Positions 12,932-26,875 of a stretch of 64,000 nt of DNA are shown here, piece after piece. The stretch is taken from NCBI GenBank assembly GCA_964016885.1, contig OZ024740.1, positions 276,582,001-276,646,000 on the forward strand, written 5' to 3'. A program made the position numbers and the translations under genes. This DNA comes from Eledone cirrhosa. Lineage: Eukaryota. Each line of letters begins with the position of its first letter. The first letter of the stretch is position 1. The notes under the pieces are model-generated. The model worked only from the letters and a program-made list of their open reading frames with translations, was not told the origin of the DNA and searched no databases.

Positions 12932-15336
12932 ATACATATTCACATATACATATATACATATACATACATATATATATACATACACACACACACGCAAACA
13001 TACATATATATATATATATATTTATATTTACACTCTACGTTTCCCTTTGACGGTAATAAAGTTAATATTGGATTCAAAGAGCTGCAGGTTAGTAGGAATA
13101 GATACAACAAATTAATTGGGAATGAGGAAGCTGTGAAAATGATGCACATTTGGGAGGAGGTAAATCTTTTTGTAGTTTTTCTCCTCTTCTAAAAATTAAT
13201 TGGCGAATAGGCAAGAGATATCAAGTTGGAAATTACAAGCTGTGGATATTCATGTTCTTAAACAAAATGCTGTTAGGCAACATGTTAAAATTTTAACTGT
13301 TATATTAAGTATTTATTTTATCGTCTTTACCATTGCGAAAAATGGCTGTGTGATTAGGAAGATCACTTTGCAACCATGTGATTTTGGGTTTGGTCCCCTG
13401 CGTGGCACTTTGGAGATGTTTTCTGTTATAGCTTAGGATTGAACAACGCTTTAATTCTAGCCAATCACACGAACCCTTTTTCGAAAAGCGGGTCGTATGA
13501 GACATGGTTCATCATCAGGCGGGCTGCAAACACTAATTTACATTCGTACCTACATTTAAAAAAAGGGTGGAAACTCAAGTTGTTTTGAATTGTTTCTTCA
13601 GAATTCGTACACGTTGTTTTCCCCGATCGTAAAAGTGATAGAAAGATAAATTACGACTGAAAAGTTGGGGTAAAAAAATCAGAAAGGTTTCACTTAGTTG
13701 ACTTAGGTGAGCCATTCAGTAAGCTTCGCTGGCTGCAGGTTGCCTATGACTGCTATAGATGGAAAAAGTGAACAGCAGCCGTTACGAAGAATCGAACTCC
13801 GTATCGTGTCTAAATTAGAAACCAATATTGAGCTGTTGTTGCTGTTTGTTTGAGCAACAAGTTACACCCATCTTCTTTCATTTAAGTAGACTGAGTTTTT
13901 TGAAAATTGTCTTGGTCACGGAAAAACATTGACTGCTAGTGTTAATTCATGAACAACGAATCTTTCGACTGGTTGTTCATCAGTACTCTCGTTAAAATAA
14001 ACATCAATTGCAACCACACTATATCTAATCTAGTTCTCGTTTAGTTCAACATGTAGACATAAACAAGAACATGTACATTTTTATTCTATTTGTAATTTCC
14101 TTTGCCAGCTTTGTTTCTTACGTCTACTTAGTTGCAAGAACTTTATTGGGAATGGTTGATTGCCTGGTTATTGTTTAGACAGTTTGTCAGATAATCAAAG
14201 CTAAGACACTAGAATTCAAGAAGGCGAATGATAGTCGGAAGTAGCTAAATAAACAACAAAAAACAACAACAACAGTTCAATAAGGAGCAAAATATAGATA
14301 ATATTAGCGTCTCATGAGAAGGTTCTAACGATTCAGACAGAGCCCTTCTTTGAGGAATGCCAGTTAACACGATTGCTAATTTATTAAAAGAACTCGAGTG
14401 AATAACATTGAGTGATAAATGAAGATAAAGAGAAAGAAGATGTGAAGGCCAATCTATAAAACAGAGACTGTTTTATTGACAACGACAAAACAATGTGTAT
14501 GTGTGTAGTGGGAAGCAGTGTAGCGATCGAGTAACCTGTTGAGGTGATGCCAAAATAAATAACGAGGGTGAGGAAGATGAAGATGATGGTGCAGGAGAAA
14601 GGAGTAGAGAATAGGAGAGAATTATATTGATATATAACGACCAAAGTCAAAGTGTCTTAAAGGGTTAAGACTGAAAATTTTTTCTTGAATTGAGGTCAAA
14701 GTTTGAACGTATATCAGAATAAAATTCTTGAATGGCGTTAGGCTTCCAAATAAATAGACTAAACGTGTATGTGTTTGTGCATCAATTTGTCTTGGTATTT
14801 TATTGCATTAAACAAGGTTGAGATTCAAACTAGATACTTTGTATTGATTCTTCAATTAAATTAATTCTTATATAAAATTAGACCAATAAAATTAACATAG
14901 TAATATTCTGAGGCAACTCTATTTCCGCTCCAGTTATGCTTAGTAAAAATAACATCAGTACTTAAAATTATATTGACACATAGTGGCTACAGAAGCAAAA
15001 CCATTTGACGTATGAATATCGCTACTAAGAAAGATACATGTTACTCATCTAGTTACATATATGAAGCTTTAAAGAGAATAAAACCGAAGAATATTTTCCT
15101 TCTTTAAATACATTTATTCAGAAAAAAAAACTCCATTTTATCAAAGGTAGTTATCGTTGTTCGTTTGGCTCCTGGTCAATCGTGATGTAACAAAGCTATA
15201 ATACGTAGGTAGTTCGTTCCATAGATAGCATTTCCTTCCCTAGCTGAGAATCACACTGCACACCCCAACATGCGATGAATCGTGCCGGGTGGGAGTGTAA
15301 CATTTTTATGTAGATATGATGTATGTTTGTATAACA

Positions 15337-15649
15337 CAGGGGTGTGCAATATATTCCATTGGCGGGCCACGTTTGAACATTGGAACAACTATTAGGGACA
15401 TTAATATTTATTAAACACTATTCAAAAGATTCACCACAACTTCTTTCCATGGAACTGGGAAATTATAACACACATAACCCTATCAGTGAAGCCCTTTAGT
15501 ATAGGTCAACTAACAGAAAATTATATTACGGTTACGAAAAAATTCTAAATAAGTCTACAAGGTAAAATTAAAACACGGTCATCACGGGCCACTCTGACTG
15601 GTCTGGTGGGCCGGATTGTGGCCCGCAGGCCGCCTGTTGCATGCCCCTA
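15337..15649. mobile_element. hAT (Charlie-like) MITE
   Basis: TIRs CAGGGGTGTGCAA / TTGCATGCCCCTA, perfect 8-bp TSD GTATAACA, subterminal GGGCCG motifs. Confidence 0.85.
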
Positions 15650-16126
15650 GTATAACATATAGGTATATCATAAAGTAGCAATACGTTTGCAAAATAGCTT
15701 ATGCTAATCAAATTATAGTCATGAATAACATAAACTGAAATATTTTAACTAGAAAGGGACTTGGTTTCAGTCTGGATTCTCAAGTTAAGCGTTAATCATA
15801 TAGTGGTGAATGGGTTTAAAATGATTAAAAACATATCAGAAGTATATCAGCTAAGCCTGGAAATGGCCGTTGCAGTCAAGCGGGTAAAGGAGGATGTAGC
15901 CAGAATAGGAGAAGTCATAATTAGAAGAGCAGTATTGATGTTTCCCCCTAAGGCTTCAAAACAATATAGGTTATCAAGTCAATATTTACTCTCAGCTTAC
16001 AAAGTTTTGATGATAAAATAACTACCACATTACATTGAGCTAGACATGTGCCAATTTGTTTGCCTATATCAGAAATAAAGTTTTCCGCATTAACTTTGCA
16101 AAGGCTAACTCCGATAGAATATATAT

Positions 16127-16760
16127 ATGGTTGTGCACGGCCGCCTTCAATGTCATGGTGCCCTCAACAAGGTCATAAAGCATGGCTTGGATGCTGCAGG
16201 CTTCCTCTCCCAGATCGAGCCGATGGGGCTGGACCGAGGAGACGGCAAAAGGCCAGACGGTATGACCATCTTCCCGTTCCACGGTGGTAAACCTCTCGTC
16301 TGGGATGCCACTTGCAGCGACACATTCTCCAGCCGCAACCTGGTGCAGTTTGCGACTAACCCAGGTTCTGCTGCACTTCGGGCTGACGAGGGAAAACTCT
16401 CCAAGTATCGGACGCTCTCCGACAGGTTTCCGGTCGTGCCCCTAGCAGTGGAGACTTCTGGTGTCCTTGGCCCTAGGACTACATCCCTACTCACCACCAT
16501 AGGACCTGAGCTGGCTAGTCGCAGGTGTGAGCCTCACGAGATGGAATGGCTCTTCCAGCGCATGTCCCTTACCATCCTCCGGGGAAACGCTTTCTCCATT
16601 CTGTCCGCCGGGGCTGTGGGGTGGCCAGCACGTGGGGTTCCATTTGCTCATAATAGTGAGAGATGGGGAGGGCGAGAGAGATGGAGGCAATGACAGTGGT
16701 AGTTCGACTCCTCCATGTTCAACCTGGTATGCAATGTCAGTTGTCTGTAGGGAGGTAGTG
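16127..16760 (+). mobile_element. CRE-like non-LTR retrotransposon 3' fragment (restriction-like endonuclease domain)
   Basis: H..LN.VI...EP.GL.RGDGKRPDG.T..P...GK.LVWDATC.DT...K..KY...P.AVET.G..G...FQR.S..I.RGNA; flanked by (TA)n and (CA)n. Confidence 0.85.
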
Positions 16761-17206
16761 ATTCATACACACACACACCCGACACACACACATATATATA
16801 TATATAAGTATTATGAGAGGCAGCAAACTATTAATAGTTATATGAATGATTAGTATATTTCGATAGATAGATGGACTGGTTAAGATATTCAGTGCATTTG
16901 TTCGGCCCTAGATTACCCTCCATACAGAATCAAAGACATGACCATGTATAATTAAATTAACATAAGGTTTGAAATATTATGATTCCTACGCCAAAAAGAA
17001 AGTAAGGGTACAGATAGATAGAGGGAGTTCTTGCACTTGAGTGAATTTGATATCAGTTCCGTAAAGGTGGAACAAGTATATAGGTAAATTGTTATAACTT
17101 AGCTCGACCGAGTCAGTCTTTATCAGGCAGTCATATGTTTAAAGATGTTCCATGCGCCATCGTCTATCCCGTTTTGTATTCGGACAGTATATACATTTAT
17201 GTCTGC

Positions 17207-17311
17207 AGCCGAGGTTAACTTTGCCTTTCATCCTTACGGGGTCGATAAAATAAAGTACCAGTAATACACTGGGTAATTGCTGGCCTTGTGCCAAAAGTAG
17301 AAACAATTATT
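17207..17311 (+). mobile_element. Meta-like SINE 3' half
   Basis: Core and tail match; another degenerate copy at about 18800-18950. Confidence 0.75.
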
Positions 17312-17865
17312 TAATGTTACCTTCCTTTTGAAGTCGGCTGCATTATGAATTAAGATAGATTTAGCTGCTATTTCTAGCAGGTCAAGGCTTCCTTGTGGAC
17401 TCGTGGGTGAATGCTTTCACTATTCAGAATCATCTGCAGTTTACAATGAAGTCTGTCTTTTCAGATGATGTCTTAGACTTCACCAAATCGCCATTCTAAT
17501 ATGTTTTGGTATTGTTGGCAATCCAAGTAGTTATATTTCTTTATTTTTAGCAACACCTCATTACTGAAGACTGGCTCTTTTTATTCCAATATACCACTTT
17601 CAATATTGTATTGTTTCTTTCTTTCTTTTCATTGTTTAGAACACTCTCTCTGCCAAAACATAGCCTGCTTTACCAATCACCATATAAACATGCTTTCCTG
17701 GCCAGGTAACTCATCTAACTTGTACCTCATAAAAACCAATGGGATATAGTTAAAAAGAATACGGCCAGCTTTAGTCTAAATATCGCGACCACCTGTGTTT
17801 CATATCACACCTGAGCAGTAGCACAGTCTCTGTCATGTAACATCCAAGGACTCATTGTATGTATA

Positions 17866-18735
17866 TACGAGGACTGATGTCACAAAAGATTTATTTCAAA
17901 CCCAAACTTCACACTAAGGGTTTTCTCCTTCAAAGTAATCCCCCTGGAGTCTAATGCACTTTTCCATCCTTTTCTGCCACGCTTGCATGCACTCCTGGAA
18001 GGATTCTTCCGGGATCCTTCGCAGTTCCGTCGTCACGGCCTCTTTGATGTCGTCCACGTCTTCAAAACGGGTCCCCTCCGGGTCGTACTCGAAGATCCAT
18101 GACTCATCACCGGTGATGACTGTCCCTAGCAAGTCTGGTTCGGTTTCAAGACGCTCGAGGATGTCCTGGCACACTTGCATGCGTCGACCCTTCTGGTCAT
18201 CGTTCAGCAGTGTTGGCACTATCTTCGCGCAGACTTTCCGCATGTCCAAATCTTCAGTGAGAATCTTCCAGACGCTGTCCCGATTCATGCCCAGCCGATT
18301 TGCCATCAGTCGAACAGTCAGCCGACGATCGCTATGCACCATCTGCCTGACGCGCTCAACGTTGACCTCAGTCCTGGTTGTTGAGGGCCTTCCGCTCCTG
18401 GGGTCATCCTGCACCACTCAAAAACACGTGAGCGTGACATCGTCTCATCTCCATACACTTGCTGCAGTAATCCCAGTGCTTCTGACGGAGTTTTCCCCGA
18501 CCGTACAAGAAACTTCAAGTTTGTTCGTTGCTCTGTGCTCATTGCTTGACGACCCGAAACAGAGGACATGTATATCAAATTATGAAGAAAAAAGTTTGAT
18601 CGCTGCAGAGAGCTAAGATTACAGTTACATACTCCAGGGGGATTACTTTGAAGGAGAAAACTCTTAGTGTGAAGTTTGGGTTTGAAATAAATCTTTTGTG
18701 ACATCAGTCCTGGAACTTTTCTGACACACCTCGTA
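17866..18735 (-). mobile_element. Internally deleted mariner transposon
   Basis: TA-flanked TACGAG ends; long inverted repeats (17871-17950 vs 18631-18710); transposase pieces EQRTNLKF..GKT..E, DDPRSGRP, ITGDESW, W..R..KCI...GDYFE; second and third catalytic Asp regions deleted. Confidence 0.9.
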
Positions 18736-20077
18736 TATATGTATATATTAACAATTTGATTAAGATCTGCATTGCATCGAACACCCTGCTTTGTGACAGA
18801 GAGTTAAGGCCCTTTACGTTCTGAGTTCAACTCCCGACGAGGTTAGATTTGCTTTTCATCCTTACGGGTGTCGATAAAACAAATCACTAGTAACGAACTA
18901 GAATCGATTTAATCGAATTTCCTCCTTCCCCCAAATTGCTGGCCATGTTAGAGTATCATAGACAAAGCAAGCACCTATGATAGTTCACATGTGATTATAC
19001 TTATGGGTGCGGCAGCCTCGGCTTCTAGATGAAGCTTTTTCTTAATAGACAGTTCGGGTATAACACTTAACAGTAGTTGAATTAGCAGCTCTATCACATC
19101 ATCCAATGGTAATTTGCCTTATTTACATATCACAACTAACTCACCACTCTGTTATCAAATTCGAATAATCAGACGTTCCTTTTGAGATCTACATTTACTA
19201 ATGTAGATCTGAATCTACTCTCGGGTCCCAAATAATGGGTGGGGGTAGAATAAGCGGGGTGGAAAATCGATAGTTTTCTAGGTTGTCTCCCTTGAGTTTT
19301 TTTTTTTTAAACCAGAGTTAGTTGCTTAGTTTACATATTGGGACTCCAAAACATTTTATTTATTACACAACATATGAGAATTCTTGTAATGTTCTTTTCT
19401 TTTGTCGTGTATAATGTTTTTTTTTAAATTCCTAAAAAAAAAAAATGAATTGTCCCAAGAATGCTACCACTTGAAATAAAATTTTGCCCGAGATAGATTA
19501 TCAAAATTTAATAAGTGAGGGCTGGGATAAGAGTTGGGGACAAAGTTTAGAAAAATCTGACAAATTAATAAGTGTGGGAGGGATTAATCAAGACCCGAAA
19601 GTAGTTATTAACTGAATCAAATATTTAACACAAATTCTTTGCATTGAGCCTGGTTTTCTTTCCTTCTTACCGCTTCATATATAAAGGTTCAACCTTTAAA
19701 TCCACTTAAATTTCATGTGGTGCAATCTTAATTAGAGCTCAGGTTATAAAGAATAATTTACAAAAGAGCAGTATCAGCAAAATCAACAAACCGATTGAAA
19801 ATTATATTCGAACATATTTATTCATATTTGCAGTTATATCTATTTTATTCGCGTTCCCTTACTCTCATCTACACTTCTGTTCTATTACCCATCCCTCTTC
19901 CGATGTAGAACTAATGTCGGAACGTTAAGACCCTATTGTTATTATTTCAAGCGTTAAGCATATATTACCAGTGAACTGACTGTTCGTTGATTTTTCGTAT
20001 ATATTCACATAAATGAATGTAAGTATGCGCATGCGTGTGTGCGTGTGTATGTGTGTGTATGTATGTATGTATGTATG

Positions 20078-20151
<74 letters not shown>

Positions 20152-20237
20152 AAAATGGAACGGGAACAAAACAGAGAGGCAGTACGAACAAAGGTTTATT
20201 AGTTTCACGCTCTTGAGGGTGGGCTGGTGGTGGGGAA

Positions 20238-20270
20238 CGACGTTTCGGGCATAAGCCCTTCTTCAGGCGA
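20238..20270 (-). ncRNA. Minimal hammerhead motif in a PLE-like 3' fragment (20147-20720)
   Basis: CUGAAGA-a-gggc-uuau-gccc-GAAA-c-GUC; palindromic ACGU stem III; weak stem I. Confidence 0.6.
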
Positions 20271-20726
20271 AAAGTGTGTGGGAAGAGAGTTCCAAGGGTG
20301 TGTAGGGGAGTGGGAGAGAGACATTTAGAAAAAAGGGATGAGAGGAAACGGTACAAATGAAAATAAATATATAACCATAATAAAAACAAAAATAAACATG
20401 AAGATAAACAAGTGGTGGAAGGGTGTGGGTCGTGTAGGGGTGGTGGCGGGTAGAGTGGGGAGAGGGAGGCGGGGTGTCCAAGGGGGGAGGGCTGAAGGTG
20501 GTGTGTGTGTAGGTGTACGTGTGTGTGTGTGTGTGTGTGAATGTGAGAGTTGGGGGAAGAACGAGGTTCCATGTTCAGGAAAAGGTGTGTGTAGGGTGGG
20601 GTGTAGGTCGGTGTGTGTGTGCGTGTGTGGATGGGGAGGGGTCAGAGAGGTGGGGGAGGATTCCGGAGGCTGAGTGTGTAAATATGTGGTGGTACGCACG
20701 TGTGTATTAGTAGAGGTGTTAGTGGG

Positions 20727-20794
<68 letters not shown>

Positions 20795-20910
20795 GAAGGC
20801 GCGTGGCCAAATGGTTAGAGAATTGGATTCACAATCGTGAGGTGATGAGTTCGATTCCTGAACCGGGCGATGCGTTATGTCCTTGAGCAAGACACTTTAT
20901 TTCACGTTGA
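20795..20910 (+). mobile_element. CORE-type SINE 5' part
   Basis: A-box TGGCCAAATGG, B-box GAGTTCGATTCC, GTCCTTGAGCAAGACACTT. Confidence 0.7.
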
Positions 20911-20999
20911 TCTTTCTACCTAGTATTAGCAATTGGAAAGACCAACGGAAACATTGTTTCCTCGGTCCGATTTGATGAAAATCGATCGACTGTCGATAT

Positions 21000-21094
<95 letters not shown>

Positions 21095-21098
<4 letters not shown>

Positions 21099-21400
21099 TG
21101 ATAGTCGTTAGATCCTCGGATAGAGTGGTTTGTGGTATTCGTTCCAGCTTTCTGCTTTCGGTGTTCAAATCTGACCGAGATCAACTTTGCCTTTCATCCT
21201 TTCGAGGTCGATAAAAAAAGTACCAATCTAGTAATGGGGTCATTTTGTCCTCTATATCGCTTTCTCACTTCCATTCTCGCTACTCTGTATCTGACTCTGG
21301 AAGAAATCTAGAGATGGATGGGCTCAGCCAGGTTTTAAAATGTCCCAAAACGCCGTATGTCAATACGGTGTCCCTACGACTCTATTAGGAGTTACCACAC
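21095..21400 (+). mobile_element. Older Meta-like SINE subfamily with long tail
   Basis: Core plus tail GGAAGAAATCT..GGATGGGCTC..CCAGG shared with 35694-36013, 41043-41360 and 31245-31531 (-). Confidence 0.65.
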
Positions 21401-21401
21401 C

Positions 21402-21503
<102 letters not shown>

Positions 21504-21734
21504 TTATGTGTATATGTGTATGTAAAAGTAATAACATAACAAACTGCATAGTACATGGACAAACAATAGCAGGAAGAGAGTGATAACGTTTCGGACAATA
21601 GTCCTGCATCAGAATATAGAGTTAGAAACAGAAGATAAATAGGAAATACAGAGTGATGAGAGGAAGGAACGGGGAAAATGAGGAAAAAAAATTGGCGAGA
21701 TAAAAAAACACGTGCGTTTTCAGTCAGCGATCTT

Positions 21735-21781
<47 letters not shown>

Positions 21782-21997
21782 TATGTATACGTACATACAC
21801 ATATGTATACAGACGTACAGTAGTATGTATATATATATATATATATACATACATACATGCACACATATATATATGTACGTATGGATTCACCGAACATTTA
21901 TTATAATGCTCGGTGTGTTTGTAAACAAACATCCCTAATTAAGCCGTACAGTGTCTAGCAACCATCGTTGCTCATTTGTTCAACACTGACAAAGGAA

Positions 21998-22038
21998 CGC
22001 TGTACTAGTTTCAAGCTTATTAGCTCTCGTCAGCAACG
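21998..22038 (-). ncRNA. Minimal type I hammerhead ribozyme
   Basis: cguug-CUGACGA-gagc-uaauaa-gcuu-GAAA-cua-GUA-cagcg; 5-bp stem I, 4-bp stem II, palindromic ACUAGU stem III. Confidence 0.8.
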
Positions 22039-22229
22039 TATACCTTCCTGTCAGTAAAATTGAACGTCTGAAAGTATATACTCTCCTTATGCATATTAAT
22101 GGCTTTCCGTTTATTATTTTCGGTACCCCGGCCGATTAACTCACTCGATATGCAAATTAGGCTGCTCAGCCATTAATATGCATAAGGAAAGTATATACTT
22201 TCAGACGTTCAATCTGTCAGGAAGGTATA

Positions 22230-22270
22230 CGTTGCTGACGATAGCTAATAAGCTTGAAACTAGTACAGCG
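22230..22270 (+). ncRNA. Hammerhead, mirror copy with U-U mismatch at the base of stem II
   Basis: cguug-CUGACGA-uagc-uaauaa-gcuu-GAAA-cua-GUA-cagcg. Confidence 0.7.
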
Positions 22271-22713
22271 TTCCTTTGTCAGGGTTGAACAAATGAAAAA
22301 CGATGGTTGCTAGACACTGTACGGCTTAATTAGGGATGTTTGTTTACAAACACACCGAACATTATAATAAATGTTCGGTGAATCCATACGTACATATATA
22401 TATGTGTGCATGTATGTATATATATATATATACATACTACTGTACGTCTGTATACATATATGTATGTACGTATACATACTTATATTTAAGTAACAGCCGT
22501 ACTAAGAGTGAGAAATGAAATTTCGTTTCATTTTTTCCGTTTATATATATATATATATATATATATAAATTTTGAGTATATGTTGGTTGTTTACCGATAT
22601 GATTCCAGTTCCTCAGAGAAATAACAACCCAACCAGGAGCTGGACATATCGGAGTATTGACGGAGTAAAACACTTCAACAACATGTGTACCTGTCTCTAC
22701 CACACGAATTCGG

Positions 22714-22770
22714 ACTGCCTGAAGAGGTCACAGCCAATGATGGCTGCCACCGAAATATATATATTCTAGT
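22714..22770 (+). ncRNA. Hammerhead-like motif
   Basis: CUGAAGA-ggu(cagcca/uggcug)acc-GAAA-uauauaua-UUC; stem I offset by one base. Confidence 0.55.
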
Positions 22771-22854
22771 ACATCTTTAATAAACGAAGCCAAATTTTAA
22801 ATATTTGACTTAATTACTTTATTATATATATATATATATATATATACAGACATA

Positions 22855-23710
<856 letters not shown>

Positions 23711-23802
23711 AGGGAGAGAGGGAGAGAGAAAGAGACAGACAGACAGACACATATTTTTATGTTTATTTTTATATTTTTCCTGATATTATTTTCTATATTG
23801 TA

Positions 23803-23993
23803 TGGGCGGTGGATTGGCAGTATGGGTAGAGGGTCGGACGCCCTGCTTTCCAGCATAGTTACGTCCCTTTACGATCTGAGTTCAAATCCCGCCGAGGTTG
23901 ACTTTGCCTTTCATCCTTACGGGGTCGATAAAATGAAGTACCAGTAATGCACTAGGTAATTGCTGGCCTTGTGCCTAAAGTAGAAACAATTAT
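23803..23993 (+). mobile_element. Full-length young Meta-like SINE with TSD
   Basis: Flanking direct repeat ATTATTTTCTATATTGTA on both sides. Confidence 0.9.
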
Positions 23994-24239
23994 TTTCTAT
24001 ATTGTAGACTATGACACCTACTTGTTCTTATCCAAGTAATATCTGTTTTCTTTCCTGCTTTTGTTGTTGTAGCAATGGTACCGTTGTTTCTAAAGTAGTA
24101 AACAGAAATAATTATTTATTCCAGTTCGTATTTGTAGTAACCTTAATGGAGTGTTTTGTGTTCCATCCACGAAATAACGAAATACAATGTGAACTATCGC
24201 TACTCATCATACATATTATTTCTCACGATTTTTCGGTTT

Positions 24240-24480
24240 TTTGTTTGTTTCTTCCTTCTTACCTTTCTTTCTTTCTTTCTTTTTTATCTTTCTTTCTCTT
24301 TTCTTTCTTCTTTCTTTCTTTTTTTCTTTTTTTCTTTTTTTCTTTTTTCTTTCTTTTCCCTTTTTCTTTCTTTCTTTTTCTTCTTTCTTTTTCCTTTTTT
24401 CTTTTTTCTTTTTTCTTTCTTTTTTCTTTCTTTTTTTCTATGTTTCTTACTTATTTTTTACTTTGTTTTCTTTTTAATCC
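24240..24480. repeat. Polypyrimidine (TTTC-like) tract
   Basis: Direct reading; similar tract at 50320-50770. Confidence 0.9.
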
Positions 24481-24832
24481 TTTAAAAAAATTTCTTTTTC
24501 CTTCTGTTTTTTCTTCCTGTTTCGTTCTTTATATTCTTTCTTTGTACTTTCTTCCAGTGTCTGATGCCATATTTATATATATATATATATATATATTTTT
24601 CAGAAGACGAAAGAGTGAGAATGAAGAAGAGGGAAAAGAAGAAAGAGACAGGGAGAGAGAAAAAGAGAGAGATAGGGAGTAAATGAAGAAAGAGAGAGGG
24701 TGAGCAGAGATTGAATTCTCAAGAGATAAACTAGACTTAAACTCGTACACATTTCTCCTCGTATGCTTGCTCACCGACAACATATTGGAACGAATTCTTT
24801 TACTGATTTCATTTGGAGACCAAATAGAAGTA

Positions 24833-25401
24833 ACACACACACACACATATACACGCACGCACACACAGACACATGCACACACAAACAGACACACGCACAC
24901 ACACACATACATACATACACACACAAACAGACATACACACGCACACACACACATACACACACAACATACACACACACACACACAAACAGACACACGCACA
25001 CACACACATACACACACACACACACACATACACACACATACACACACACACACACACACATACACACATACACACATACACACATACACACATACACACA
25101 CACACATACACACACATACACACACACACAATGTGTGTATGTGGTTATATCTATATATGTATGTGTTTGTATGTATGTATGAACATATGTGTGTATATAA
25201 ACACACACACACACACGTGTTAATATGTGTATGAATATAAATATGTGTGTATGTAGATATATGTATATATGTGTGTATGCATGTATGTTTGAACACATGT
25301 GTGTATATAAACACACACATATATATGTATATATATGTATATATGTATATATGTATATGTACGTATATATATGTATATGTGTATATATGTATATATATAT
25401 G

Positions 25402-25476
<75 letters not shown>

Positions 25477-25485
25477 ATATATATT
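24833..25485. repeat. Compound (CA)n/(TA)n microsatellite
   Basis: Direct reading. Confidence 0.9.
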
Positions 25486-25632
25486 ACTAAATATTGAAAT
25501 AAAGCAAAAATATATAAACAATGAAAAGAAATAAACAATACAATATTCACGAATGTTGGTCACAATAAGTCTCATCCCTTTCGCAGCCCTTTTTGACCTC
25601 TACATCTACTCACTTCTCCCGTGAATATAAAC

Positions 25633-26460
25633 GTGTATGTATGTATGTATGTATGTATGTATGTATGTATGTATGTATGTATGTATGTGTGTGTGTATGT
25701 ATGTATGTATGTATGTATGTATGTATGTGTGTATGTATGTATGTATGTGTGTATGTATGTGTGTATGTGTGTATGTATGTATGTATGTATGTATGTATGT
25801 ATGTATGTGTGTATTTATGTATGTATGTATGTATGTATGTATGTATGTATGTATGTATGTATGTATGTATGTATGTATATGTGTATGTATGTATGTGTGT
25901 ATGTATGTATGTATGTATGTGTGTATGTGTGTATGTATGTATGTATGTATGTATGTATGTATGTGTGTATGTATGTATGCATGTATGTATGTATGTATGT
26001 ATGTATGTATGTATGTATGTATGTGTGTATGTATGTGTGTATGTATGTATGTATGTATGTATGTATGTATGTATGTGTGTATGTATGTGTGTATGTATGT
26101 ATGTATGTATGTGTGTATGTATGTGTGTATGTATGTATGTATGTGTGTATGTATGTATGTATGTATGTATGTGTGTATGTATGTATGTGTGTATGTATGT
26201 ATGTATGTATGTGTGTGTGTGTATGTGTGTGTGTGTGTGTATGTATGTGTGTATGTATGTATGCATGTATGTATGTATGTATGTATGTATGTATGTATGT
26301 ATGTATGTATGTGTGTATGTATGTGTGTATGTATGTATGTATGTACGTATGTATGTATGTATTTATGTATTATGTATGTATGTATGTAGTATGTATTTAC
26401 GTATGTATGTATGCATATATGTATGTATGAATGTATGTATGTATGCATGTATGTATAGGT
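25633..26460. repeat. (TATG)n microsatellite
   Basis: Direct reading. Confidence 0.95.
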
Positions 26461-26875
26461 ATATAAACGTGTATATATATATATACGTGCTAGTATAAAA
26501 ACGTGTATTTGTACACGGTATATAAATGCAACTGTATAAAATGGTATTTTGTTTAGGAACCACAATTCTAAATAAGCTCCCTTCGCCACTTCAGTTCATT
26601 TAACACAGAGGTTCTGAATCTTTTAGTGCCACCGGCCTCCTTACGGCCAGGTAATACTCTCAGCGCCTCCACCATCAGTCTGTGATGACACATCTAAACC
26701 TTACTAGCAGAGAAAGTGGACATTAAACAATGATGGTGATGATGTTAGTTTATCATTAGTAACCTAGATGTAAAAAGAATGTGATTTTGCCAATAAGAAT
26801 AAAGACATCTATGAGATTGTGTAGAATCTACACAATCTCATAGATGTCTTTATTATAGATGTCTATATGTCATTA

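Larger units (their letters stand above)
21773..22488. mobile_element. Large fold-back element with a hammerhead in each arm
   Basis: Arms 21773-22104 and 22168-22488 are near-perfect reverse complements around a 63-nt spacer. Confidence 0.85.

Noticed and set aside
17954-18616. 220-aa + strand ORF
   Set aside because: Antisense shadow of the mariner transposase
24011-24682. Phe/Leu/Ser-rich hydrophobic ORFs (also 50381-50796)
   Set aside because: Polypyrimidine low-complexity tracts
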